Shown: in pieces, positions 40,001 through 51,700 of the stretch
Layout of the letters: each line of letters opens with the position of its first letter
How positions within the stretch are numbered: position 1 is the first letter of the stretch
Assembly (NCBI GenBank): GCA_973895155.1
Contig: OZ316896.1
Location: 20,714,152 to 20,778,151 of the forward strand
Source: Marsupella aquatica
Taxonomy: Eukaryota; Plantae; Marchantiophyta
Direction of reading: 5' to 3'
DNA: 64,000 nucleotides
Notes under the pieces: model-generated
What the model was told of the DNA's origin: nothing
Databases searched by the model: none
Seen by the model: only the letters and a program-made list of their open reading frames with translations
Made by a program: the position numbers and the translations under genes

Positions 40001-42246
40001 GAACTCAGACAGGAACTGGCTCATATCGCACAAATGCAACCATTATCTATTTTCTACAAACTGATCAACCCTATCTGCACCAGCGGCCTCTTACGAAGCA
40101 ACTTTCGAGTCCTTGTGGGAGTGGACTGATAGTGCCGTGCTGCAATTTAACTAATGGCTCACTAACAAAGTGATGGCCAATGACTAACAACCACCTGACA
40201 GAACTTTTCAATCAAAACTAAGCATTACTTGTGAAGATGTCCTCTTGATGCATGAAATAAGCTTTGAAGTACAAAAAAATAGCAGATGATCCAATACAGA
40301 ATGTAGTCAAAATTCTCGAGTTGAATATAAGATGGCAGGACCTCTTCATCGATGAAATATGATGGGAAAGTGAATGGAAAGTTGCTCTCATCGTCAGCTG
40401 ATCCTTCCACCCTGCAAAGAGGAATAGATCACGTCTAAGGAGCATGTACATCTCCATGAGAGTTGAAAAACAATTAGTCTCAACGACAGATTTTCAGGGA
40501 TAACTGCCGTTAAGCTGCTAATTCCCCGATCAGACAACTGATGACTTTAACCAATTTAATCATTGACGCTTCTGAGTATACAAACAAGCCTCCCGAGGAA
40601 GACTTGCACCCTACATTCTCTCTGAGACATGAACTCATAGTGGAGGAACGCCAGGATAACACATATCACTCAAAAACGTCCATTCCAGAATCAACAACGA
40701 AAACCCACCCAGGCAAGAAAAATTAAGAAAACTTCTCTATAAACTTAGGAGGTCTATTCCCCATGCTTTTATAATAATGGAGACTACAACAGTATAGTAG
40801 CCTTTGTTGCAAACTTTGGCTTTCGTAGATGAGTAGCCAACTGTATAAGAACTTTGAACCAAAACTGTTTTAAATCGAAATCAATCCGCTTGTTAGAGGA
40901 GAGATCTACCACATATTTTGAGACCAAAATTACATTCCTGATTGTGTTCATCAATTAGTAATTACCTTTTTGCAAAGCCAGCCCCGATATTGTCAGGATT
41001 GTCAGGGTCACCAAACCCTACCTGTATGTACACGTGGTTCACAAGTAAGTTGCATTCGGCTCTTCGAGTATTGACACATTTGAACACCTCATATCCACTC
41101 AAAGATGTAGAAAAATGCAGGAGGATGGAATCTATATTCTCAACCATTGACAAATACATGGTTGCTCCATAAACTCACTAAATGGAACTATACAAGAATC
41201 AATTTGGTAGCTTACGGGAAGACACGTGATGAATCGAAACCGAGCCTTGCAAAGAGGGCAAAGATTTGTAACAGTGGCCCAATCATCGATACAGGTAAAG
41301 CAAAACCTGTAGATTTGCAATACAAACTCATTCATAAGATTATCATGACTGAACAATTCTTGAAAACACTGAAAGATTTCTCGCTGAGTCGAGGACTATC
41401 GTATTAAAACTGGCACGTTGAAGTAGTGAAACAGACAGATCTTAGATAAGGATTTCCCTTCTTGCATCGTCCAGAAAGCTACTCACTGAAACAAATCCAA
41501 GTCTAGCTTACCAATGATTGCAGCAGTCCAACACCCCCCGGTTCACCACCTCAGTGGAGCAAATCCCACATTTGTTGGTCTCAGCTGCAACATCCTGTCC
41601 ACGAGACAACGTTCTGTTTAGACTTCCACTTTGGATGAGATCCAGCATTTCCTTGCACGTTGCGAACATTGTTCAGATTTTGTTGTGAAGTTTTCTCACC
41701 AAGGATATCGTCATGAATAAGAGCATAATTGGATACAACCTATCAATGATGAGTTATGAAACACTTCAAGAATGAACAAGGCAGAGCAGTCCAGCCCAAA
41801 TCAAGGGTTCGCCTTGAGCATGCAGTTTGAAGACCCTCCACGCTTCGTGAGATTTCACACAGACTACCCTCTTGTCAGAACCAGAGGCTCCTTCGGAATG
41901 AAGTAAGAAAGGGGTCTTGTCAGATACGAATCTTACATTGCAGCTGAGCAGGAAATGACTTGAACAGATCACAGACCATTTCAGATGAAGAACATTCCAG
42001 GCATGAAAAATAATCTTGGTCATCCTTAGGAAAAATTCAAAAAACACTTTACAAATTTCCTTCTTTCTGTCGTTACTTTTCCTACCAGTTGTTCTCAACT
42101 ATGCACGTAATTACCGTCATGGTTGCAAACCATGAATGCTTCTCAATTTGGCATCTAAAGAATCTTACGAGTAAGTTTGGTGAGGCTCGGTTGGATGCCG
42201 ATGCATCGGCCGGACGCCAATATTCACTATCACCAACCTCTCCCAT
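34073..42246 (-). CDS. RING-finger + PHD-finger nuclear protein (At4g10930-like), ~1411 aa, 12 exons: 42246-42169, 41594-41512, 41306-41216, 41021-40966, 40411-40342, 39979-39864, 39358-39302, 38936-38112, 37985-36551, 36332-36258, 35903-34770, 34288-34073
   Basis: RING: CGIC...RGVLDCCNHWFCFTCIDDWATVTNLCPLCK. FPSYFIDE motif. PHD-like: VACDLCDCWYHAGCVDFDP...FYCPRC. Family-type blocks DKRQWALEVLARKT, QLPIDMRP..NRKSKVP.AVRQ, SNSKGVYVNLC and C-terminal HLKPLYRSGVI...KVMEHH...FLI.EG.KV.KLA.QY. All introns are GT-AG with consistent phases. Total 4236 nt with no lesion. An alternative in-frame ATG lies at 42267. Confidence 0.92.
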
Positions 42247-42290
42247 CCTGGAGGTTGGAATGAGCATAGATTTCACCAATGAAGATCTCT

Positions 42291-42528
42291 CTGCAGACAA
42301 CAATGGAATCTTTAAAACGATTGTTCACGGTACAAAAACACCAAACTTTCAACCGCAAATTCTGACGCTTGAAACCTGCAATATATATTTAAATCGTTAC
42401 CTTCTTCAAAATAGACAGCCATCAACATGAAATTCAACCAGAAAACTAGCGCAGAAATTCAATGAACAGAGGATGAAGATGCGCAAATCACTAACAAATC
42501 CAGAAATGCAGGCAGACAAAGGACTTAC
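42291..42528 (-). other. Predicted 5'-UTR intron of the RING/PHD gene
   Basis: Donor AAT|GTAAGT at 42528 and acceptor TGTCTGCAG ending at 42291, 45 nt upstream of the ATG at 42246. Confidence 0.55.
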
Positions 42529-43101
42529 ATTCCCTCTCATCAAGTAGCAGGACGGCGGGCTGCAAGGGTCACAGCCAGACTTCAACATGTAACCCTAACT
42601 CAAGCCCCTCTTCCTCAGCAGTTTGACTCCGCTTTGTTCAGCTCTTTCTGCTGCACTCTCTTCTGACTGATTCTATAAGAAGATCTTGCTCTCCGCCGCT
42701 CAAATTCCATCTCTGGGCATCACATTTCTACAACGTGCCTGCCTTTCAACTGATCCGTAAGTGCTGATTTCATTTCTTTCAAGTCTCCAGAGGAAAGAAT
42801 AGTAACGGATGTTCAGCAATACTACGCAATTGGCAAAGCGAAGCGAATCGGGAGTGGATCATTTGAACACTTGCGGGACGACTCTCACTATTGGTACGTG
42901 TTAAAATGTTGGACAAGCTATTGAACACGTACAGCTCCGTTCGGAAGGTGAACACTCACGCCAGTCCAGATTTACAGTTGTTGTTGCCTAGCTACAGTGT
43001 AAAGTGTAAGCACGCTCCAGACTGACCTCACCGTAGTTACAATAGGTTCTCGTGGTTAGGGTGACCGATGGGACCAGCCCATTATGGTCGTAATAACGTA
43101 T

Positions 43102-43226
43102 ATGTTTAAGGTCCCTCCATGCACCTTAATGGCATATTGGGGGCGATTGTATGCCGACCTGCGGAAGCGGGGAGATGTATGGGAGCCCCAATACACCATT
43201 AAGGTGCGGAGGGGGACCCTAAATAT
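43102..43226. mobile_element. Foldback hairpin / MITE-like element with ~40-bp inverted arms
   Basis: Left arm TTTAAGGTCCCTCCATGCACCTTAATGGCATATTGGGGGC. The reverse complement of the right arm reads TTTAGGGTCCCCCTCCGCACCTTAATGGTGTATTGGGGC. The arms share a perfect 12-bp core GCACCTTAATGG. Confidence 0.7.
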
Positions 43227-43649
43227 TCATTAAAGGTAGTGGGGTTTTTCAAAACCCAGAATCTACGGTTGCGATTGGAGGTGCCTGGTGCGGATTGCAT
43301 GACCGCCATCCCCCGATGGCCCAGATTTCAAGGCGCTGTTGTACCCGCCCTAGGGGACAGTCAAGATTGAGGGGCGCGTGTTCAGCCTCCTCCCGACAAC
43401 CCAGATTTCAAGGGGATGTGTCCTGCCTCGGTGGCTGCTGTGCTGCCCTATCCGCATCCAATCTTGGCCACTCATTTGAAAACTAACGGCTCAGATTTAT
43501 GGATCTTGGGGTTTAGGGTGGTTCTTGATAGAGATCCAATGGCTGGTTGATATTGGATGGCTGTGATTGAGAAGTCCTATTCAGTTGATACCTAGGCTGG
43601 CGTTATTTAGGTGTGACACTCCTGCCTCTAGAGTGTGAAACAGGCGTGT

Positions 43650-44196
43650 TGTCATAAACTATGATTTTGATGTGATCAAGCCCATAAAGATGTTGGTCCT
43701 TCATCTACCTGTAAGTGTCACTTTTTTAATTTTATCAGTGCATTGACCAGTTGAGGACACATGCATGGTATTCAACGTACGTCGAGACTCAGTGAGAAGA
43801 CCAGCTCGGCTCTTGTCTAAAAGTGTTGCATCAGGAGGCTGGCCTTGGTACAGATGGTGTCTCCAATAAAATTGGATGCACCACTTGTATTTTGCAAAAG
43901 GAGCTGAGGGTGTTCCACCAAAGGTTGGGATGAAGATCTCAGGCCACAAAGCGTATGAGAGGTACGACTGCAACACAGAAGTTAAAGTGCAAGTTGCACT
44001 CAAATGTGCCACAAATGGGACTCCTTACTGTGAGACAGTAACTTTGGAGACAGCAAATGGCAAGAGGGCACTTATTGATGGTGAGAAGTGCGAAGATGTG
44101 TCTGGGCCTGATATTTCTCTAGTGGACGAGCCATTGCCTAAGAAATTAAAGGATGGAACCAAGTTGTTGCCATCCAAAGGTAATAAAGTTGTCTGA
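43650..44196 (+). mobile_element. Decayed tyrosine-recombinase C-terminus (Crypton/DUF3504-like DNA transposon remnant)
   Basis: Read across frameshifts: FYQ....HAWYS...LKVLHQEAGLGTDGVSNKIGCTTCI / GAEGVPPKVGMKISGHKAYERYD. This follows the motif order WY...aG...N(H/K)sgR.T...GVP...M.isGH...Y of Crypton-type YRs. The catalytic Arg position reads TGC (CGC>TGC). Confidence 0.5.
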
Positions 44197-44348
44197 CTTC
44201 ATTATGCATAATTTTGACACTTGGTTCTATTATTTGTGAATATGACTCTAGTTCTTTTCTTGGTGAGTGCAATTGTTGATTCTGCATAATTGAGCTCGCC
44301 TTCTGTGGTAGAAATGGAGCCCACTCAGCTCAAAACCTTAGGGGTCCA

Positions 44349-46833
44349 GCATTCCACGTTTTCTGGTTGCCTGCTCACGCCTTAACATTCGAGTGGTTTA
44401 TGAACTTTGGGATGTCAATGCAGGAATGTGGAGAGATGTTTCGGCCCCTATGGCGAGAGTTCGGGGATTGTCTACTGTATCCGAGAAAGATGCCCTACTT
44501 AACGTGATTTTTTTTTTGCAGAATGGCCCGCCTCCCTCCTTCTCATTGGTTTTTGAACAATCACAATGGTTCTGGTCTGGCTGCCCTGACCACATCCGCC
44601 CTCGTTTCTATGCAGCACTCAGGCATACACATACTTGGACCACTCAAAATGTGACTATCTTTCTCTCAACTCCCGTTGGAGCTCCTCAGATTCTCTGGGC
44701 ACATGGCAGTGAAGATGGAGAAAAATCTGGAGATCGGACCTCTCATATAGAGGGAAGATTAAATTCCTGTGGAGGGTTTTGGCTGCGGGACTATTCAATG
44801 GGAAACGTTCACTTCAGTGTGGACATGGAGACGGCCACTGCCCGTCCTGTCCTGGCTTGCTAGAGGACAACCAACACATATTTTTCACTTGCACTCATGC
44901 AGTTTCTACTTGGAACCGGACTGCCTGGTTCTTTGAGAGACTGCCCACCTTTTCTCTTATTTCGGGGGGCCATTCTCCCCGCCATTCTCTCACTATCGAC
45001 TTTGCACTTGGACGGACTCCTCAGCAATCTGCACGTGTTTTTCTTCTATACGAAATCCTTTGGCTCATTTGGAAGAACCACAACTCCCGTCTGTTTTGTG
45101 GTCAGTCACCCGTGTTCTCCCCCTTTGTTGCCGCTTCTTCCACTGTCCAGCACCTCCACTCCGTTGCTCTCTGTGCGGATTCTGAGAAAAAAAGGTTGTT
45201 CTATGCTCAAAAGTATATCTCTAAGTATATTCAGATTTGATCAATCCGCTGATCTATTCTGAGCCTGATCCCCCTATTGGTCACTCATATCCCCACTCTC
45301 CTCTATCAATCGTCTCCTCATGCTATTAGTTTTTTGTATTTTATCTGTACTCTCTGGTGAGATTCCCCATTCCGGGAAGTCTGGTGTCCCTAGCTCCTGG
45401 GCCATTCCCCTTCACTATTTCCTTTCCTGCCATGGTTGGGGTTCCCTTCTGGATTTCATTCTCTAGGTGGGACCGATCTGCATACTTCTTCTCCAGGAAT
45501 CCCTTCTTTGTGACTCTATCGGGGCCTCTCCTCTGGGTCCCTCGACTGACAATGTTCAATATTGGTTGATTGGAATATTGGTTGAATCCCTCTTGGCTAT
45601 CTCTTATCGGTGATTGTCAAGGCTCTCATTCGCTATTCTTGGCTCTCGCATTGGGGGTTGTATCGATCTCCATCATTCCAGTCAATATTATGTATCTATG
45701 GTTTTCTGCTCCCCCCCCCCACCCGGAGTAGCTGGGTTGGGATGGATTCAGATTGCTTATTATGGTTAGAGGTAGTCTTCTAGAATAGTATTCCATCATT
45801 TCTGGTCATCGTATTCTCTTTGGTGCATATTTGGAGTCTTCCTGTCTTGTTGATGGGCATGGTTTTCTGGTATTGGACCTGTTCTGGGTAACACGCCTTC
45901 CCCCCCCCCCCACCGGGCTGTTGCGGATTTTGGCTGAAGAATCACTTTTACTTTGGTGGAAGCATGCTATATTTGCTCCTCCCGAGATTTCAATCCTCTC
46001 CTAACCTATTCTCATTGCCCTTCGCACGGAGATGTACATTGGACTAAATGGCTTCTGTCTTATAGTCGTAGGGTTATTCATTGGGATTGGCTGTTATGGA
46101 TGGAAATAATATATATAGATGCGCTTGGATCATTATCTGCGAGGTGGGGGGTGTCACCCTGCCGTATCTGGTTTTGGGGGCTTTATCCCGGGAGACTGCT
46201 TTCATCTTTCGGAGACGGTGTTGCTTGATTTTTGGAGGTATTCGAGACCACGTCCCCCACTACTGGTCCGAGCCTTATCTCAGACTTGGTCTCCCAGGAT
46301 CATTTGTTTTCCACTGCTTTATTGGCGGACTCCTGGTGGGATGCTGGATCATTCGTTGGGTTCAAACCCTTTGTAGCATGGTTTCAATCCGGAGTTTAGG
46401 ATTTGAAGATATTACGATTGGAGGTGGTGGGAGCTGTATTGGTGTTTTTGGCAGGCCCAGGTATCAGAGATGGTTGGGGGTTGGATCAGTGTGTCCCCAA
46501 ATATGTTCCTTGCTGGTCTCCCAGGTTTTGTTGACAAGATTTGGCTGCCTCTTATATTCCCTATTGGTTGCGATCCTCCACTTTGTTAGTCAGTTTCTTT
46601 TTTGCATAGCTGGGTATTCCTCCCTGGTTTCCTCCCTCCTCTCTTTGACGTGCCTCCTCTCTTTGGCCGTCTGGTTGGGGGCTACCATATGTGCTTCTCT
46701 CTGGGTGTGCTCCTCCCATTAGCCACCCTTAATTTCTGTTTCCTTTTCTGACCGTCTCCTCCTCTCAGACGGTTTGTTCCCCACTCCCATGAATAAAGTT
46801 CTTGGCTTCTGGCCTTTCCCGAGAAAAAGAAAA
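44349..46833 (+). mobile_element. 5'-truncated L1-type LINE: ORF2 C-terminal zf-RVT region, ~1.55-kb 3' UTR and A-rich tail
   Basis: WRKIWRSDL..RGKIKFLWRVL...CPSC..LLEDNQHIFFTC.HA..TW and ILWLIWKNHNSRLF, with a stop and a frameshift. AATAAA at ~46792, tail GAAAAAGAAAAAAA, and a perfect 17-bp TSD AAAACCTTAGGGGTCCA at 44332-44348 and 46834-46850. Confidence 0.9.
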
Positions 46834-47237
46834 AAAACCTTAGGGGTCCATCAAATAAAACTTTTCAATTTGGGGGCCCATCAAGCAAATACCTCCTGGC
46901 TACTATTTCCCTTAATATATGTCCTTGTTCCTACTGAAAAAGGCCTAAGAGATTTTCTATTGTTCTTACTATTTTACTAAAAGTGGAGGAAAAGTTTCTT
47001 ACTGCCCTGATCCAAACCTGGATTGTGGATTCTTCTCTACATAGCACTGAAAAGTACACATAAAAAAATCATAACATGCATTAAGGATTACATATAGAAG
47101 TTGTACTTTTTTTACCAGTAGGGTGACCAGTGTCTTGTCATTCTAAAAGAGGAGTGGAAGCCATGTCCTCTGACATAATTATCACCAATCCTTCATGACC
47201 CAAAATGACCCAAGGGAAAAACATTCATCATTAGGTC

Positions 47238-47420
47238 TATTTTAGACCAAACATTAAACCACCACATGAGATGGTATTTTGAATTAGTTTTTCCTCTCAG
47301 TCTCTTTTATTTGCACTATCCAATGCCTCCATGTTTTAGACCAAACATTAAACCACCACATGAGATAGTCTTTTGGTTTGTCCTCGTAGTCTCTTTTATT
47401 TGCACTATCCAGTGCCTCAG
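47238..47420. repeat. ~95-bp tandem duplication
   Basis: TTTTAGACCAAACATTAAACCACCACATGAGAT...AGTCTCTTTTATTTGCACTATCCA.TGCCTC occurs twice. Confidence 0.85.
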
Positions 47421-48701
47421 TGTTGCAGAATATCATCCAGGGTAAGAAATGATTCACTACTTCAATGTCTCATACTAGTTTTCTCCCTAGTGGATAGCCC
47501 GTGCCATAGGTGACTTTTCACCTTCCTCTGTACTTTGTACTTAGTACCCTCCTTGGCCAAACAAGAGGACTGTGCCCACCCTTTGACTCAATTTTTAAAA
47601 TTTAAAAGATTCTCTACCCTCTCCCTCTTTCTTTTGCTTCAAGTAAAAAAGGGCACACAAAAAATAAAAATACAAAGAGGGTAAACGAGGCATAAAAGAA
47701 ATAGAGAATCACAAAGGACTCAAAGGCATAAAAGACAGCAAGGGTAACACATGTAGCAAAAGGTAACAAATGGGCCAAAGAAAACATAAGGTGTGGTTGT
47801 TATTTTTGGTTTTAACAACCACAGGAGGTCCAAGATGGTCAGGTCTTGGGCCCCTCACACAAAAAAGCCAATTTTTTCTTGAGTCCCCCCCCCCCCCCAA
47901 GTGCTTTTCTTCCCAAACCAAAGGTCACCAACTAACCAGGTTTTTGCCCTTGTCTCCAAGCCTAGGGTAAGGATTAAATAAGTTTTATTTTAAGTCCCCT
48001 ACTAGGCTAAAAAACTAGCCATCAATTTAATCAACATTTTGACTATATAAACTTGACATTTACACCACAATTCAACATGAAATTCCGTCACAAAATCCCG
48101 TCAAATAAACAGTCAAAAATCCATCGAGTATAAAGCAAAATTCTTGTGAACTTTGGAAGGGCCTAACACCCACTTCCCACCTCATTTTTCACTCAGAATT
48201 CACCCATGCATCCGCATCGACATGATTTTATAAATTGGGTTCTACAACTCTATTTCTATCAAATTTTGCCATGGCTGTCGCATGACATTTTCTCACACCA
48301 AAATCTGTAGCATGCCCTCCTCTCTAACCAGAAACGGATAGAGATTACACATGCATTCAATCGGCACACAATGAGCAAGAGCCACCACCACAAGCCCAAT
48401 GCCATTAGGTTGAACCAATCCGCATTCAACCAATCAAAAATCAGAGTTTGATCAGAAAGTTCTCACTGGATTTTGACAACGCTTTCGCACTCAAACTATT
48501 GTTGCCAACCAGCAACTCAACATCATGATCAACAAAAGCCCACCAATGATCAACTCCAATGAATGAACGAACAAGCAAATCATCAGATCTCCATCAAGCT
48601 CCTCCGTTGTTTGCATAGTCCAACAAACTCAGAACCTTCTCTCATAATTCTTCCAAGTAATCTCCTGTGAAACAGAACCCTATCATTATGTACTATAAGT
48701 A

Positions 48702-51700
48702 TGTCAAGCCAAACCCACCCGCTAGCCATGCGAAACTCCAGGTCTATACACATAGCCCCTGGGCCCCCAGCTTTTGTATAGTTAAGGGGTAGACATGCGT
48801 ATAGCCCCTTACCAAATACACTTTATTATATTTTTGGTCACCTTGTGGCGTGAGTCCCAAGACCTCTAACACCGAGAACTACCTTCAACCGATCATAAAC
48901 CACTTGGTTATGTCGGTCCTCTCTCCTTTGCGGTAGCTATTCAGCTTGGAAACGCGATACTCTCCTTGGGTCCACACTTACCGGACCGATTCTTTCACTG
49001 GGCTTGTGAATTGTGCACAACTGAGACCCCTAATTCCTCTTTAACGTCTTCAGGTATATTTGTATTCCGCCCCCGGAATGTACCTTTACGGCTTAATTTC
49101 TTAAGCCGGCTGAAGGTCTTTTTCAGACTGACTCAACCCACACTTCACCGACTAACACTCTCAATCCTCACTTTTCTCTCAGAGTTTGATTTGGGCAGTC
49201 TCCAATCAAGGCCATGCGATTGTATTTTGCTCAACAGTTCACCCTATCTGACTCAAATCGATCAAGCAACAGATATCATAACACTCAACTTCTTGGATGG
49301 CAAGAATCTGCGAACTATGCAACGAGGCCAACTCAATTCAAACAATTGCTCAGAAATCCAAGGGAACTGGTGGTTTACTGATACCCTGCGGTCTAGATTT
49401 AGCCGAGAGCTTCCTGTGTTTACAACACTACAGATTAACACTAAAGCCTTGACTAAGAAAAAGCCCTCGGAATCACGCTGCCTAGGTTTTTATCCTTGCA
49501 GCGTTTCAACAACAGAGATCCTAACCACCAAACACGGCCTTCCACCGCGATAATCCAAAAAAAACTATCACCTAAAAACTTGAATAGCCCGGAACCCTGT
49601 GTGAACCGAGCATCTACTTACTATCTAAGCCGACAGGGCGCTACTTGCCCTGTCCCATCCTACAACGGCCGCGCCCTTCTGGCCCAAGCCCTTCTCCTGC
49701 CGCCACGTCCTCCTTCCAACCGATGACTGGCCCTCCTTAATTGTCAGATGACCGGGGGTAAGTCCGAATCTTCTGACTCTGCACCTTCTCCTGCCATCGG
49801 CCGCGGCCCGACCCCCTCGGCTTCTATTTTGCCGGCCCCGGCATCGGTCTCGGCATCGGCATCCGCATCCTCCTGGGAAACGGCTTGGTGAGCCTTTGCC
49901 TTAACTTCCTCAATCCAAGCCTTTTCCCCGATGCGCTCGGTCTCGATAACCCATGGTTTCACGTTCTGTGTGTCCATAGAAGCAGTACCATCGTCTAAAC
50001 CTGTTACCGTAGCTCCAAGTTGATCCGCAGTACTTACCTCTACCACCACTGCCTTTAGGGCCACAGTACCACAAATGTGAGCAGCCATGCTCTCGACTTC
50101 CTTCGGAGTGGCTTTAAGGGTTTTAACTTTATTATCGCCTGGCCCCGGCCATGAACGTCTTTGCCAAGTCTGCCACCAACTGCATGGCTTTGCCCCCAGT
50201 CACACTTGACAACAGAGAGCTTGGCTTCGGCTTCGGCTTCACTATATTTCCGCCTACCATACTACTGTCGGAAAGCTTTTCAGTTGGTGATCCATATCCC
50301 GCTTCGGCATACTTCTTCAATTTCTGCGTTTGATTGTCGGCACGCCTCTGCAGCCCGATCATCTTATCCTTGGCATCCTCCAATTCTTGAGATACGTCTT
50401 CAACTTCATCGTTAAGCCGTAGTATCTCAGCCCTGGCCGTCTTCAACTCCTCATTTAAGATCTGCACGATCTCCAACTCTTGCTTATCTACGGCTGCTTT
50501 CAAGGAGTTGTTGATACCTTCTAGTTTTGTGACCTCGTTCGTCCATGCCTGCTTTGTCCTGGTTAGCTCCTCCTGAAGCTCCTTGCGTATCTGTTGAACC
50601 CGGTTTAGGTGATCATTGGCCGCCGTGCACATGGCGTCATCATGCTTCTCACGCATGGTCTCCAACCGGTCGAGTAACTTATCATACTTCCTTTGGGCTT
50701 CTACCAAGGCCTTTTCGCTCTGGGTGGCCTGCTCCTTAGCCGTCTTTCTGAGCCTCTCAACTTGGCGATTTAAACCCTATACCTCTACTTTTGAATCGGC
50801 TAACTCCAGCTCTATCTTTGTCAACTTTTCCTTGATCTGCTGGTTATCCAATTGGTAGTTTTCCAATTGGTTGTTTGCCACCTCCAATTCCTGTTGCCTA
50901 GCCAAGAGATCCTGCTGAGTTGGTTGAGCAGACTTCGTCTTAGCAACTTTGGCCTCCATGGAGCGAAGCCGAGCGATTACTTCTTCCTTCTTCAATCGCT
51001 CCAATGTCATTGCCTCCTCCAGTCTCGTTTGATCAGCCATTTCTTTCCTAAGAAATGGCCCGGATTCTAACTCGTTGCCGAAGATTTCTAAGGCTAAGAG
51101 TCCACACATGTCTCCATACTCCTTAGCCCAATTTCTTGCATAGTTTGACCTCCCAGGTGATACTGGCATCTGCCATCGAGGTCGTCCTTCCCAAGCTTCA
51201 GCCCGTAATTGGTCAAAGTTAGTGAGAGGTTCGACTTGCCTCTCACTAAGCCGTCTTATTCCTTCTGGCCACTCACCTCCTGGTAGATGGCATTCGTGTT
51301 CTGCATTCCGGGCCCCCCACTCCTTAATCTTCTCATGTAGCGCGGCTTCAGCTTCCTTCATCTTGTCGAATTCCAATGGCGTCACATCTGGTGGAGGAGA
51401 TTCTGGCATTTTCTGGTCCTCCGGTTTGCCATAGAAGACCGCGGGAAGTCTTCTACAAAACCTTCCCATCGTTCTAACTCCTAGAACCGGCCTCTCCCCA
51501 TGATCGACATAGTCGTCGTCGTAATCATCCACATTGACCTGACTACCTAACATGTCGGCCTCTCCTCCAAAGCTCCCAATCTCCTCCTCTGAAAATTGTT
51601 AGGCTGCAGCTGGTTGACTTTCCAGCACGGATCCGTTCACTTGGACTCTGTTAGAAGCTTTTACTATCGGCCTCTCCTGGCCTCGGCTTACCTCCTTGTC

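Noticed and set aside
46081-46722. 213-aa hydrophobic ORF resembling a membrane or env protein
   Set aside because: It lies in the T/G-rich L1 3' UTR and has a TTG start. Hydrophobicity and lack of stops follow from base composition.
48966-49553. 195-aa plus-strand ORF
   Set aside because: TTG start, no motif, and it overlaps the presumed R/U5 of the LTR-like unit.
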